The notes under the pieces are model-generated. The model worked only from the letters and a program-made list of their open reading frames with translations, was not told the DNA's origin and made no database searches. Below, one piece after another: positions 19,691 through 29,182 of a DNA stretch of 64,000 nt; the stretch's first letter is position 1; each line of letters opens with the position of its first letter. Position numbers and translations under genes: made by a program. This DNA is from an uncultured Elusimicrobiales bacterium (GTDB lineage: Bacteria > Elusimicrobiota > Elusimicrobia > Elusimicrobiales > Elusimicrobiaceae), in contig CALUUY010000001.1 in NCBI GenBank assembly GCA_944324095.1, positions 9,599-73,598 of the forward strand, given 5' to 3'.

Positions 19691-20815
19691 TTATAAATTC
19701 ACAATCGGCAAAGTAAACACGAATGTGGCCCCTTTGCCTAACCCTTCACTTTGCGCCCAAATACGTCCGCCGTGGTTTACCACAATGTCCTTGGCGATGG
19801 ACAGCCCTAACCCCAAGCGGCCCACACGGCTTTTGTCCCCCACCTGCGTAAAGCTGTTAAACAAACCGGGGGCTTGAGCCGGGTCGATACCGTCACCGGA
19901 GTCAGTAACCGATACTTTAGCATTTTTTTCGTCTATTCTGCCAACTTGTATAGAGATTTTTCCGTTATCCGGCGTGTGACGAACAGCATTTTCCAAAATA
20001 TTTGAAATTACCTGCCGTATGCGTTTCTCGTCGGCAAATACACCAATTTCCCCCTCGCTTTCAAACGTTACGGCTATGGAACGCTTGGCCCCTTTGGCCT
20101 TAAAAATTTCTGCCGTCTTTTTAAGGCTGGCTGTTAACTCAAACTTCGCTTTTTCGATACGAAGTTTTCCTTTTTCAATAGCGGCCCAATCCACCAAATC
20201 TTTAATTAAATGCTCTATTTGGCTGATGCTCTCATCCATAAACATCATTTTGCGGGACTGATCCGCATCCGGTTGAACCATCTTTTTCTTGAGCATATCA
20301 AAACTCATTTTTAACGTCATTAACGAGTTTGACAAATCGTGCGACACTATGGAAAAGAATTTAGACTTCATATTATTCAACCGGTCTAAATCTTCGTTTC
20401 TCTGTTTAAGCTGTACCAGTAACTCCCGGTTGCTCTGTTCCAAAAAGTATTTATCCAATGCGCGGGAAATGGTGCGTTTTAAATAATCAAAATCCACCGG
20501 TTTAACCAAAAAATCATAAACAGATTCCTGCATTGCTTCCATAATAGCGTTTAACGAAGCATACGCTGTAATCATAATAATCTGGCTTTCCTGGTTAAAC
20601 GCCCGAATCTTACGGATAAGTTCCAACCCGGTTTCATCCGGCAGGTTATAATCCATTAAAATAACATTAAAAAATTCATTGGCACAAATATCCAAGCATT
20701 CTTTTGCGTTGCCGGCCTGATAGACTTTATATCCCTCTATTTCCAGCAAGTCCACCATCGTTTCACGCAAGTTATTATCATCATCCACCACTAAAATTTT
20801 AGCTTCCTGCTCCAT
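19691..20815 (-). CDS. Cytoplasmic hybrid receiver-histidine kinase
   Basis: REC 'ILVVDDD...LMDYNLP', H-box 'SHDL', N-box 'NILENAVRH', G-boxes 'DSGDGI' and 'GLGLSI'. Confidence 0.9.
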   Translation of the reverse strand: MEQEAKILVVDDDNNLRETMVDLLEIEGYKVYQAGNAKECLDICANEFFNVILMDYNLPDETGLELIRKIRAFNQESQIIMITAYASLNAIMEAMQESVYDFLVKPVDFDYLKRTISRALDKYFLEQSNRELLVQLKQRNEDLDRLNNMKSKFFSIVSHDLSNSLMTLKMSFDMLKKKMVQPDADQSRKMMFMDESISQIEHLIKDLVDWAAIEKGKLRIEKAKFELTASLKKTAEIFKAKGAKRSIAVTFESEGEIGVFADEKRIRQVISNILENAVRHTPDNGKISIQVGRIDEKNAKVSVTDSGDGIDPAQAPGLFNSFTQVGDKSRVGRLGLGLSIAKDIVVNHGGRIWAQSEGLGKGATFVFTLPIVNL

Positions 20816-22712
20816 AGCTGGTATCTCCCGTTTTTCTGTAAATCTTTAAATACAATTCAAAGCGCGTTCCTTGGCCTTCCTCACTGTGAATAAAAATTTT
20901 GCCTTTATGGCGCGCCATAGCTTTCCCCACCACGGCTAGCCCTAAACCGGTTCCGCGGGCTTTGGTGGTAAAGAACGGCGTAAAGATTTTGCCTCTTAAC
21001 TCAGGACTAATTCCAGGCCCTTCGTCCTGTATAAATATACATACCACATTCTTCCCCACCCGGGTACCAATGGTAATAGTGCCTTTGTCCTGCATTGCTT
21101 CAGCCGCGTTGGATATTAAATTGCGGATGGCCTGCTTAATTTCTTCAGCGTCTATTTTAACACGTACGCTTTCCGGATCCAAGTCTTCTTTTAGGCGTAT
21201 ATTTCCATTTACCGGGAAAGAAAGCATAATTTCTTTCAGATAACTGTTAACGTCTATAGCCGTTAAAATCAATTCCCGGCTGCGGGCATAGCCCAATACT
21301 TCACTAATAATGCTGCTGGCTTGCTTGATTTCAGCGTCAATAATGCTAAATTGCTTGATTAATTTAGGCTCTTTAGGAGAAACGATCGTTTTAATTAACC
21401 GGGTAGCATTACTAATAACCGCTAACGGATTGCGGATTTCGTGGCTGATGATAGACGCCATCTGCCCAATAGCCGCCAAACGTTCCGTTTTTACCAGCTC
21501 TCTAGTAGCTTCTTTTAACTCCCGGGTACGTTCTTCCACCCGTTTCTCCAAAGTGCGGTTCATTTGGGCTAGTTGCTGTTGGGTTTTTAAAATTTCTTTT
21601 TTGCGCTGTCTTAAAGTAGAGGCCATATCCAAAAACACAGAGGCCAAATCTCCAATTTCATTGTTGGGGATTTCCACATCGTTTTTAGTGGGAACATAAT
21701 CCTCTTCTTCCCGCAAGCGCACAGCCGCCGCCTGCAAACGCCCCAACGGGCGGGTAATAGGGATGATAACCAAATAACTGACAATCACAACAAAAGCCAC
21801 CATACCCACCACAATTACAAAAAGATCCATTAAAGAACTAAACGTGTCTTCCAATAACAAAGCTGTAGGCTGATCTGCCGGCTGCATTACGTAAACCGTC
21901 CAGTGAGCCTGAGCGACCTCTGCCGATGCAACCAACATACGGTTTCCGTCCGGCATTACCACTTCCCCCGCCCGGCGGGCCCCTAGCTGGCGCTCTATAT
22001 AAAGAGCCTCTTCCCGCAAAGCCGGCTGCGCAGTGAGCGCTAAACCGTGCGGGGCACCGGAATAAGAAATAATAGTGCCGTCAGAAGCAAAAACCAATAC
22101 CCGCAAATCAGGCGGATACGCCAAGGCTAAGCTTTCCCCCAAATCCGTTAAATCCAACTCCACCACCAACACGCCGGACACGTCCCGGTCTTCCAAATGC
22201 TCTCTAATCGGAAAAGCCATCAAAGCATACATCTTGTCATCGGCACGTTTAACGGAACCTACATAATCTCGCCCGTTCATGACACAGGTGGTTAAAATGT
22301 TATCTAGCTCGGCCGCGTAGCTGAAGCGGCTGGTGTCATCGCTGGAATAAAAAAGCTGTTGGCCATTGCCATTTAATACCGATATGTGTGTAATGCCGGG
22401 GTTGCGGTCTCTTAAATAATCAATATCGGCCTGGTCTATAAAGCGGTGGCCGCCAAAATCTGTATGTAAATCCGTAAAAATAGAAAACAAAGTAGCCCGA
22501 CGCGTTACGTTATTGCGCAAAATGGACACCAAACGGCTGGCCACCGCTTGCTGTTTTTCCAAAAGTTCGTTATTAAGCAAGCGGTTATTTACCCCAAGCA
22601 CGTGGTAACCTATAATAAAAATAGGCACAATAGACACAATGCTAAGCACCAATAAGGCCTTGGGAAATAAACCGCCCAGTTTGTATTTAACCATCAGGCT
22701 AGTATGTTTCAT
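20799..22712 (-). CDS. Membrane sensor histidine kinase (Cache-like, HAMP, HisKA, HATPase)
   Basis: Two TMs, HAMP 'ITRPLGRL...NEIGDLA', 'SHEIRNPL', 'PFFTTKARGTGLGL'. Confidence 0.92.
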   Translation of the reverse strand: MKHTSLMVKYKLGGLFPKALLVLSIVSIVPIFIIGYHVLGVNNRLLNNELLEKQQAVASRLVSILRNNVTRRATLFSIFTDLHTDFGGHRFIDQADIDYLRDRNPGITHISVLNGNGQQLFYSSDDTSRFSYAAELDNILTTCVMNGRDYVGSVKRADDKMYALMAFPIREHLEDRDVSGVLVVELDLTDLGESLALAYPPDLRVLVFASDGTIISYSGAPHGLALTAQPALREEALYIERQLGARRAGEVVMPDGNRMLVASAEVAQAHWTVYVMQPADQPTALLLEDTFSSLMDLFVIVVGMVAFVVIVSYLVIIPITRPLGRLQAAAVRLREEEDYVPTKNDVEIPNNEIGDLASVFLDMASTLRQRKKEILKTQQQLAQMNRTLEKRVEERTRELKEATRELVKTERLAAIGQMASIISHEIRNPLAVISNATRLIKTIVSPKEPKLIKQFSIIDAEIKQASSIISEVLGYARSRELILTAIDVNSYLKEIMLSFPVNGNIRLKEDLDPESVRVKIDAEEIKQAIRNLISNAAEAMQDKGTITIGTRVGKNVVCIFIQDEGPGISPELRGKIFTPFFTTKARGTGLGLAVVGKAMARHKGKIFIHSEEGQGTRFELYLKIYRKTGDTSYGAGS

Positions 22713-22721
22713 ATTTTAAGG

Positions 22722-22750
22722 AAAAACGGGGGCTGGCGAACCAACCCCCG
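22722..22750 (-). terminator. Terminator/attenuator between the DsbA-like gene and the sensor kinase
   Basis: Minus strand cgggggttgg-ttcg-ccagcccccg followed by U5. Confidence 0.7.
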
Positions 22751-22791
22751 CTATTATTATAGAAACTAAATGATTAATTTGGCACGTCTTT

Positions 22792-23766
22792 TTAGCAACT
22801 GCCGGCGGGAGCCGCCGCTTTAGCGTTAGAAGCGGCATTAGGATTCAAAAATTCAAATCCTTCAATGGCAGAAGCACCGCCAAAATCCAACATTACCTTA
22901 CCTTCCCACAAGAAGGACGGAGAGGCATTAACCCCCATTTCTTTGCTGTATTTGGCTTCTTCTTTCAAAAGTTCAACCCCTTCGGTATCAAACTTTTTCA
23001 TAATTTTTTTGCTGTTAATACCGGCTTCTTTCATCGCTTTATCCCAGCGGCTGGAGCGGTAGTCTTTATTGCGGATTTCCAAATATTTCCAGAATTTTTT
23101 GGGATAGTATTTGGCAATTAACAGCTGGCGAATGTTTTCTTCCCATTCGGCAGAACCGTGCAAGCTGGCAAAGCCTTTATTTTCATCGTAATTAACGATA
23201 TAGCGTACGCGAATGTCTTTACCTTCAGCCACTTTGCCGTCTTTCTGCGCTTGGATGACTAAATTTTCAGCCATCGCACCATACGGGCACTGAGACATTA
23301 CAAACAGTTCCATCACACCGGGTTTAGCCTCTTTATCCGTCAACACGCCGCGGCGGGTTTGTTTAGGCAAAGCAATAAATTCACCTTTTTCAATAGCCAC
23401 GCCATATTGAATATGCTGGGCCAATTTTTCACGAATGGCATCCGTCTTTTTAAGTACATACAACGGCAAGAAGGAATAGTCCAATTCCGCCAATTTGGGG
23501 TCTTTTTTGGCTTCCGTTACCGTTACTTTGGTTACTTTAGGTTCCATACCCAAAAATTGGCTAATGCCTTTGGTTAATTGTTCATCTTCTTTACCGGCAT
23601 CATATTCTTCCGATTCAATAATGATGAACTCCGCCGTTTTTTGAGAAGAAGTTTTAGCCGCAGCCGTTTTCTTCTTGGCAGAGGTTTTAGCCGTCTTGGC
23701 CGTAGAAGCGGCAAAAGCCGAACCAGCCAAGGCAAATACTAACAGTACCGTCAATAATTTTTTCAT
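22792..23766 (-). CDS. Exported thioredoxin/DsbA-like protein
   Basis: Signal peptide; 'ELFVMSQCPYG'; cis-Pro loop 'GVNASPSF'; C-terminal 'GSC'. Confidence 0.7.
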   Translation of the reverse strand: MKKLLTVLLVFALAGSAFAASTAKTAKTSAKKKTAAAKTSSQKTAEFIIIESEEYDAGKEDEQLTKGISQFLGMEPKVTKVTVTEAKKDPKLAELDYSFLPLYVLKKTDAIREKLAQHIQYGVAIEKGEFIALPKQTRRGVLTDKEAKPGVMELFVMSQCPYGAMAENLVIQAQKDGKVAEGKDIRVRYIVNYDENKGFASLHGSAEWEENIRQLLIAKYYPKKFWKYLEIRNKDYRSSRWDKAMKEAGINSKKIMKKFDTEGVELLKEEAKYSKEMGVNASPSFLWEGKVMLDFGGASAIEGFEFLNPNAASNAKAAAPAGSC

Positions 23767-23783
23767 CTGGTATAATCTCCCTG

Positions 23784-24053
23784 TTATTTATCTTCTAATT
23801 CTACCCTTACACCGCGGATACCCACAGCGCACAAAATGTTGTACGCCAACAAAAAGAACACTACACTTACCAAGGTAAGCAGCGTCCCCTGGATGGCGCG
23901 CATTACCAAACTCATAATATAATCCAAACTGATGGCTCCGTCCGGATTAAACAATTCCACCAATGCGGTAACCAACATCACCACAAATACCGCAACCGGA
24001 AAGGCTGAAAATATTACGTTGCTGATTCCTATCTTCTTAATTTCCACTCTCAT
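23784..24053 (-). CDS. Small two-TM membrane protein (DUF3566-like)
   Basis: 'VEIKKIG', two TMs, then 'YNIL...GVRVELE'. Confidence 0.6.
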   Translation of the reverse strand: MRVEIKKIGISNVIFSAFPVAVFVVMLVTALVELFNPDGAISLDYIMSLVMRAIQGTLLTLVSVVFFLLAYNILCAVGIRGVRVELEDK

Positions 24054-24078
24054 AAACTCTCCCGTTAAATAAAGCTGA

Positions 24079-25194
24079 TTATTTCTCCGGTTCTAACACC
24101 AAAACCATACGGTTCTTGCCGGCATCATCCGGCAATTGCACCGCTTTCACTAAACATTGTACATTTTTATTGATTACCGTGCCGCGCAAAACTTTGGTGG
24201 GATTTTCCAACGCTTCCCCCACTACCTGAATAATATTTTGCTGCCGGCCGTCAAAAATATCCAACAAGTGCACCGGCCCTTCTTTTTTGCTGTTAAGCTC
24301 AAAATTGGTATAAAGAATATTGTTGTTTTCGTCAATTACCAAAGCACGGGACCCTTTAGGCACGGTTACAGCCAAAATGGTCTTCCACCATTTGCGCTCT
24401 TTTTCCAAAGACATAATTTCCACATTTTCCAAACTTTTAATGTCTTCGCGTATTTTAGCTAACATGCCTTCCACCGCTTTAGCCACATCTCCTATCTCAT
24501 CCCCACGCGCTGGATAAGACAAAGTCAACGTGTTTAAAGACACCGCATCCACCGCATCTTTTAACCCATCCAACGGCCGCAATATCTTAAGCAGCATAAA
24601 CAAATACAACACCCCGCCAATAAGCAGTATCATAAAAAATACGCCTATGGTGTAACGTATCATAGCGGAATGGATTAACTCTTTGGCACTTGCACGGGAA
24701 ACCGACACATTCACCACCCCCGCCACGGCATCTTTTGCCAACAGCGGGATGGCCATATCATAGCTGTTTCCTTCGCCAAACATAATGGCTTTAGGAGCAC
24801 GTTCATTAATGGCATACACTACCGCACTGGTGGGAAAGCCTACACTATTATTAAAATCCGAGTACGACATCCCCAAAAACTGCGTATTTTCATGCCAGCG
24901 CACAGAACCGTCATAGTTTAAATAAATCAAATCTCTAATACGGTCATCATTATTCTTCCAGGATTTCATAATATCCGCTTCGGCAAAAGAAACCGGGCCT
25001 TTAGGACGGGCCGCCAAGGCGGATACTAACCTGGGCGCGCGGAAACGAACCATCTCCACCATTTCATTTTGTAGCTTTTTATCAAATACAAACTTGAACA
25101 TATTGTAATACACCAGCCCGCCAAATACAGCCGCATACAACGAAACCAGTGCAAACCACAATATCCACTTAGGAGTCAGTTTCATAACAATCAA
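24079..25194 (-). CDS. Membrane sensor-like HAMP protein with no kinase/cyclase output
   Basis: TM, periplasmic domain, TM, HAMP 'LRPLDGL...DEIGDVA', and a PAS-like tail 'ALVIDENNNILYTN'. Confidence 0.7.
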   Translation of the reverse strand: MIVMKLTPKWILWFALVSLYAAVFGGLVYYNMFKFVFDKKLQNEMVEMVRFRAPRLVSALAARPKGPVSFAEADIMKSWKNNDDRIRDLIYLNYDGSVRWHENTQFLGMSYSDFNNSVGFPTSAVVYAINERAPKAIMFGEGNSYDMAIPLLAKDAVAGVVNVSVSRASAKELIHSAMIRYTIGVFFMILLIGGVLYLFMLLKILRPLDGLKDAVDAVSLNTLTLSYPARGDEIGDVAKAVEGMLAKIREDIKSLENVEIMSLEKERKWWKTILAVTVPKGSRALVIDENNNILYTNFELNSKKEGPVHLLDIFDGRQQNIIQVVGEALENPTKVLRGTVINKNVQCLVKAVQLPDDAGKNRMVLVLEPEK

Positions 25195-25203
25195 TCCTCT
25201 TCT

Positions 25204-26577
25204 CTAACGTATCCCTGTTAATTCTTCTACTTTTTGCAAGCCCACAGCCGCGTCCGTATTGCCCGGATCCAACTGCACAGCCTGTACCCACGCCTCGCGG
25301 GCACGTTCGTAATCATCTTGGTTAAACGCGTCCAACCCTTCCACGTATTTCTGGCGGGAGGCCGCACGAGCTTCTTCCGACACACGACCCGTTGTAGGCG
25401 TTAAATTAGGCAAAGTTTCGTTTACACCCACGGTTTCAGGCAACGGTTCCGGTTCTTCCGGCTTAGGCGTCACTTCCTCTCCCGGTTTGGTAACGGTGGT
25501 GGTTTCTACAATTTCTTCCACAATATTGCCGTTAGCGTCTTTGGTGCGTTTTACCGTGCGTTTGGTGTTTTTGGAAGCGGAACGCAAGGCGTTTTCTTTG
25601 GCGTTACGAGCCTTTTTAATCCAGGAATCCATTTCCGCCGTATTTGTATTCCACTTTTTGGCCTTGGTCCAATACGCAATGGCCGTATCGTATTTGCCGG
25701 CACCATAAGCTTTACTGCCGGCATTGGCATAACCATCATAAATTTCCCCTTTGAGCTGCATCATATACTTTTGCACGCGCTGATCACCAGGCTGAATTTT
25801 TATAATACGCTCAAATACGGAGTAGGCTTCCACATATTGCCCTTGGTTGTAATATGCCATAGCCTGTTCCATAGCCTGTTGAACCTGCTGCTTGCGAAGC
25901 AGGTTTTCAGTTTCAGAAATTTTGGTTACCAAACTGGAATCTTCTTTGCGTATCATTAACGCGTTATACCAGTTATCTAAAGCGGTTTGATAGTTACCGG
26001 CATCATAAGCGTTGTCCCCACGGCGGACGTATTCCGCCGCGATGTCGGCATTAATTTTGCGTTTCCAAGACAAAGCTTTAGAGTTGCCCGGGCGAATGGT
26101 TAAAATTTCGTCCAGTTTTTGATTGGCTTCTACCAGTCTGCCGCTGTCATACAGGCGCAGCGCCTCTTGAAACTTGGCCTCAATTACCTGCGCTTCAGAC
26201 ACGGTGCCATACGTCCCCATATGATTGGCCTGTAAAGCCAAAGTTTGGGCTTGGGTAAAATTAGGGTCTATGCTTAAAATGGTTTGAGCCAACTCCTGCG
26301 CACGCTGATAATCCCCGTGTTTATACAACTCATAGGCATTTTCATACACCATACGCAAGGTATAGTTTTGAATACGCTGTTTTTCCAATTGAACGGTGGA
26401 AAGATATTGTTTGCGTTCTTCCACATCGTTTAACGTACCCAAAGAAATTTTGCTTAAATCCAATAACATACCCGCTTCTTTACCGTGCTGGCGGACGGGA
26501 ACCTCCCGCAACACAGGGGCAGCCACAGAAGAAACAGCTATTACGGAAAACCAAACTAACAAGAAGTGTTTTTTCAT
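25204..26577 (-). CDS. Exported TPR-repeat protein (occupies the TadD position)
   Basis: Signal peptide without a lipobox Cys, multiple TPR-like helices, Pro/Thr linker, final TPR. Confidence 0.78.
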   Translation of the reverse strand: MKKHFLLVWFSVIAVSSVAAPVLREVPVRQHGKEAGMLLDLSKISLGTLNDVEERKQYLSTVQLEKQRIQNYTLRMVYENAYELYKHGDYQRAQELAQTILSIDPNFTQAQTLALQANHMGTYGTVSEAQVIEAKFQEALRLYDSGRLVEANQKLDEILTIRPGNSKALSWKRKINADIAAEYVRRGDNAYDAGNYQTALDNWYNALMIRKEDSSLVTKISETENLLRKQQVQQAMEQAMAYYNQGQYVEAYSVFERIIKIQPGDQRVQKYMMQLKGEIYDGYANAGSKAYGAGKYDTAIAYWTKAKKWNTNTAEMDSWIKKARNAKENALRSASKNTKRTVKRTKDANGNIVEEIVETTTVTKPGEEVTPKPEEPEPLPETVGVNETLPNLTPTTGRVSEEARAASRQKYVEGLDAFNQDDYERAREAWVQAVQLDPGNTDAAVGLQKVEELTGIR

Positions 26578-26590
26578 AATCTAAATCCTC

Positions 26591-27484
26591 TTAAAAGCTA
26601 AGCCCGCCTGCCAACAAACCCTTAAGCATCGGGGCCAAAATTAAAATAAAAATCGTAGGGAAAATAAACACAAACAGCGGGAACAACATCTTGGTGGAAG
26701 CCTGCGCCGCTAATTTTTCCGCCGTGCTTAAACGGCGGGAGCGCAAGTCCGTAGAGAAGTTGCGCAGCAAATCCACCAAACTGGTACCCAACTCGTCCGA
26801 CTGTTTAATCAACCCCACCATAGAGCGTACTTCCTGTACGCCCGTACGCGCAGACAAACGGTCTAACGCGTCCCGGCGGGAATACCCTAACTTAATTTCA
26901 TTGATTGTTTTTTCCAATTCTTCTTCCAAAATTGTTTTTTCTTTGGCTACTTTAATAATACGCTCAAAAGCCGTCAAATAATCTAAACCGGACTCAATAA
27001 TCAGCGCCGCCAAATCCACCGTGGTGGAAAAGTTGCCTAAAATTTCAGCCTGGCGTTTTTGAATTTTGCCCTTTAAATATACATCCGGCAAATAAAACCC
27101 AAGCGGAAACGCTATCACCGTTACCAGTAAACTATGAAAAATAACCAGCCCCGCCACCGGCAAAGCCACCGCTAAACCTACTTTTAAATACAGAATGTCC
27201 ACCGGTTGAGGATTGTCCGGGCTGCCCAGCTGCATGTGCATTTCTTCCAGCGGTTTTTCCAGATGAAAAGTATGCAAGCAAAATAAGGCCAGCCGGTCAA
27301 AAAACTTGTCCGGATTTAACTTGGAAAAGCTGGAGGTGGATTTAAACCGCCGTACAGCCACGTCCACCAAGGCTTCTTTATCCTCTTTGGGAGAAAGCAA
27401 CGCCAACATCCCAAAAAACAAAGAGGCTGTCCCTATAACGGCTAAAAAACCTAAGAATAAACGCAAACCGGTTGACACTTCCAT
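26591..27484 (-). CDS. tadC: Tad platform protein TadC (T2SS F family)
   Basis: 'VDLAALIIESGLD', 'GYSRRDAL', 'SDELGTSL', 'AEKLAAQASTKMLFPL'. Confidence 0.92.
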   Translation of the reverse strand: MEVSTGLRLFLGFLAVIGTASLFFGMLALLSPKEDKEALVDVAVRRFKSTSSFSKLNPDKFFDRLALFCLHTFHLEKPLEEMHMQLGSPDNPQPVDILYLKVGLAVALPVAGLVIFHSLLVTVIAFPLGFYLPDVYLKGKIQKRQAEILGNFSTTVDLAALIIESGLDYLTAFERIIKVAKEKTILEEELEKTINEIKLGYSRRDALDRLSARTGVQEVRSMVGLIKQSDELGTSLVDLLRNFSTDLRSRRLSTAEKLAAQASTKMLFPLFVFIFPTIFILILAPMLKGLLAGGLSF

Positions 27485-29169
27485 TAGATTTTCACCTCGC
27501 CTGTTTTCTTAATAATCTTCATACCAATACCAATCCAGATGACGCACACCATCAACACAATCATCCCTATCGGACTACCGTAAAACGAAATCATCTCATC
27601 CGGGCGGAACATAAACATTACACCCAACATCAAAAACGGCATAATACCCACCACTATGGCCTGAATCTTCTGCTGGGCCGTCATCGCTTGCAGCTTTTCT
27701 TCCAGCTTGCTTTCTTCGCGGATGTTCTCCACCAAGCGGGCAAAAATTACCGTCAAATTACCACCCACCTGACGCTGGATAACAATAGCCTTAATGATGT
27801 AACTTAACATACGGCTGTCTATACGGTCGTTCATCCCGTCCAAAGCCTTTTCAAAAGGGGTACCCAATTGATAGTTTTTGATGACCAAACCAAACTCGTC
27901 CGCTATAGGCGGGCGCATTTCTGTGGAGACTTTTTCAAACCCCTGCACAATATCCATACCCGAACGTAACGAGTTGGACAATAAAATAAGTGCGTCCATC
28001 AGCTGCGCATTAATCTTGCGCCCGCGGGCTTTTTTCAAGGACTCCAACACCGCTTCCGGCATACGGATACTCAAGAAAACACCTATCGCCGTAAAAACTA
28101 TAAATACAAACACCCCGCTAAAACCGCCGGTATTAATACCCGCAACAATACCAAATAACCCAAACGCGCCAATAGTACCAAATACAATATAACGTATATC
28201 AATAGCTAAGAACTGCCGGTTAAACGCTTCAGCCCAGGTAATGCTCTTGTCGCGGTAATCCTCCACCATAATAGCAATGCTTTGGCGCTTTACTTCCAAA
28301 TACAAATAAACCGAAAGACCCGCTAACCCGCTGCCGATTAACAACATCACCCAAAACATCAACCGGTCTGCCGCCGTGGTCTTTAACTCTTTAGGATCCG
28401 GCGGAAAGGTGGGTATGGCGCTAGTCATAAATTCCGAATACAATTGATTGGACAACACCACCACCGCCTGTACCGCCTGGCGGTATTTATCTTCCCGCTC
28501 GTTAAGCGGGCTGGAAAAAGCCTCTATGGTGCTAAAAAATTCATTATTAATTAATTCTAACGTAGCCAGCATCGCACGGCCGCGGCCGTCCATACTGTCT
28601 TTCATAATAAGCGGCTTGGAGCCAAACAACAAATCTTTGTTTAAACGGTCTAACGTGGCTACCAAGTTAATGCGGTTCCCCACATAGCCGCGAACCAGCT
28701 GGTCTATGGAAATAGGCTTTGTAGGATCCATAGAGCTGTTAGCGCGTTCCAAATACAAATATACGTTAGAAAACGCCTGGCGCCACAAATCCGCTTCACT
28801 ATAAGTGCCTTCCCCCGGAACATAGACCACTTTGGCTTTGTCCATACGGTCTAATTCCGCACCTTTGCGTACGGTAACAGCTTTGCCGGAAGAATCCTTA
28901 GTTTTCACATCCTGCCCTTCTAAAAACCATTTGGGCGGCTTGATGGTGGTGCCTGCCGCCGGGCAGCCGGTAGGAACTTGCGCTTGTTTTTTGTCCACCG
29001 GCATATTCACATCAAACGCCTGGGCCAAAAACAACATTTTAAACATAGCACATTCTATGCGTTTTTTGTCGTTTTTACCCAATGCACGAGCCTGAGCATC
29101 CGCAGCCGAAAACACTGCCCCAAATACAAACATTACAGCAAAAATTAAAAGAAATATTTTATTCTTCAT
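27484..29169 (-). CDS. tadB: Tad platform protein TadB with a large N-terminal exported extension
   Basis: C-terminal 'QLMDALILLSNSLRSG', 'PIADEF', 'IQRQVGGNL', 'AMTAQ'. N-terminal signal peptide plus about 240 extra aa. Confidence 0.88.
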   Translation of the reverse strand: MKNKIFLLIFAVMFVFGAVFSAADAQARALGKNDKKRIECAMFKMLFLAQAFDVNMPVDKKQAQVPTGCPAAGTTIKPPKWFLEGQDVKTKDSSGKAVTVRKGAELDRMDKAKVVYVPGEGTYSEADLWRQAFSNVYLYLERANSSMDPTKPISIDQLVRGYVGNRINLVATLDRLNKDLLFGSKPLIMKDSMDGRGRAMLATLELINNEFFSTIEAFSSPLNEREDKYRQAVQAVVVLSNQLYSEFMTSAIPTFPPDPKELKTTAADRLMFWVMLLIGSGLAGLSVYLYLEVKRQSIAIMVEDYRDKSITWAEAFNRQFLAIDIRYIVFGTIGAFGLFGIVAGINTGGFSGVFVFIVFTAIGVFLSIRMPEAVLESLKKARGRKINAQLMDALILLSNSLRSGMDIVQGFEKVSTEMRPPIADEFGLVIKNYQLGTPFEKALDGMNDRIDSRMLSYIIKAIVIQRQVGGNLTVIFARLVENIREESKLEEKLQAMTAQQKIQAIVVGIMPFLMLGVMFMFRPDEMISFYGSPIGMIVLMVCVIWIGIGMKIIKKTGEVKI

Positions 29170-29182
29170 TCCTTGCTCCAGC

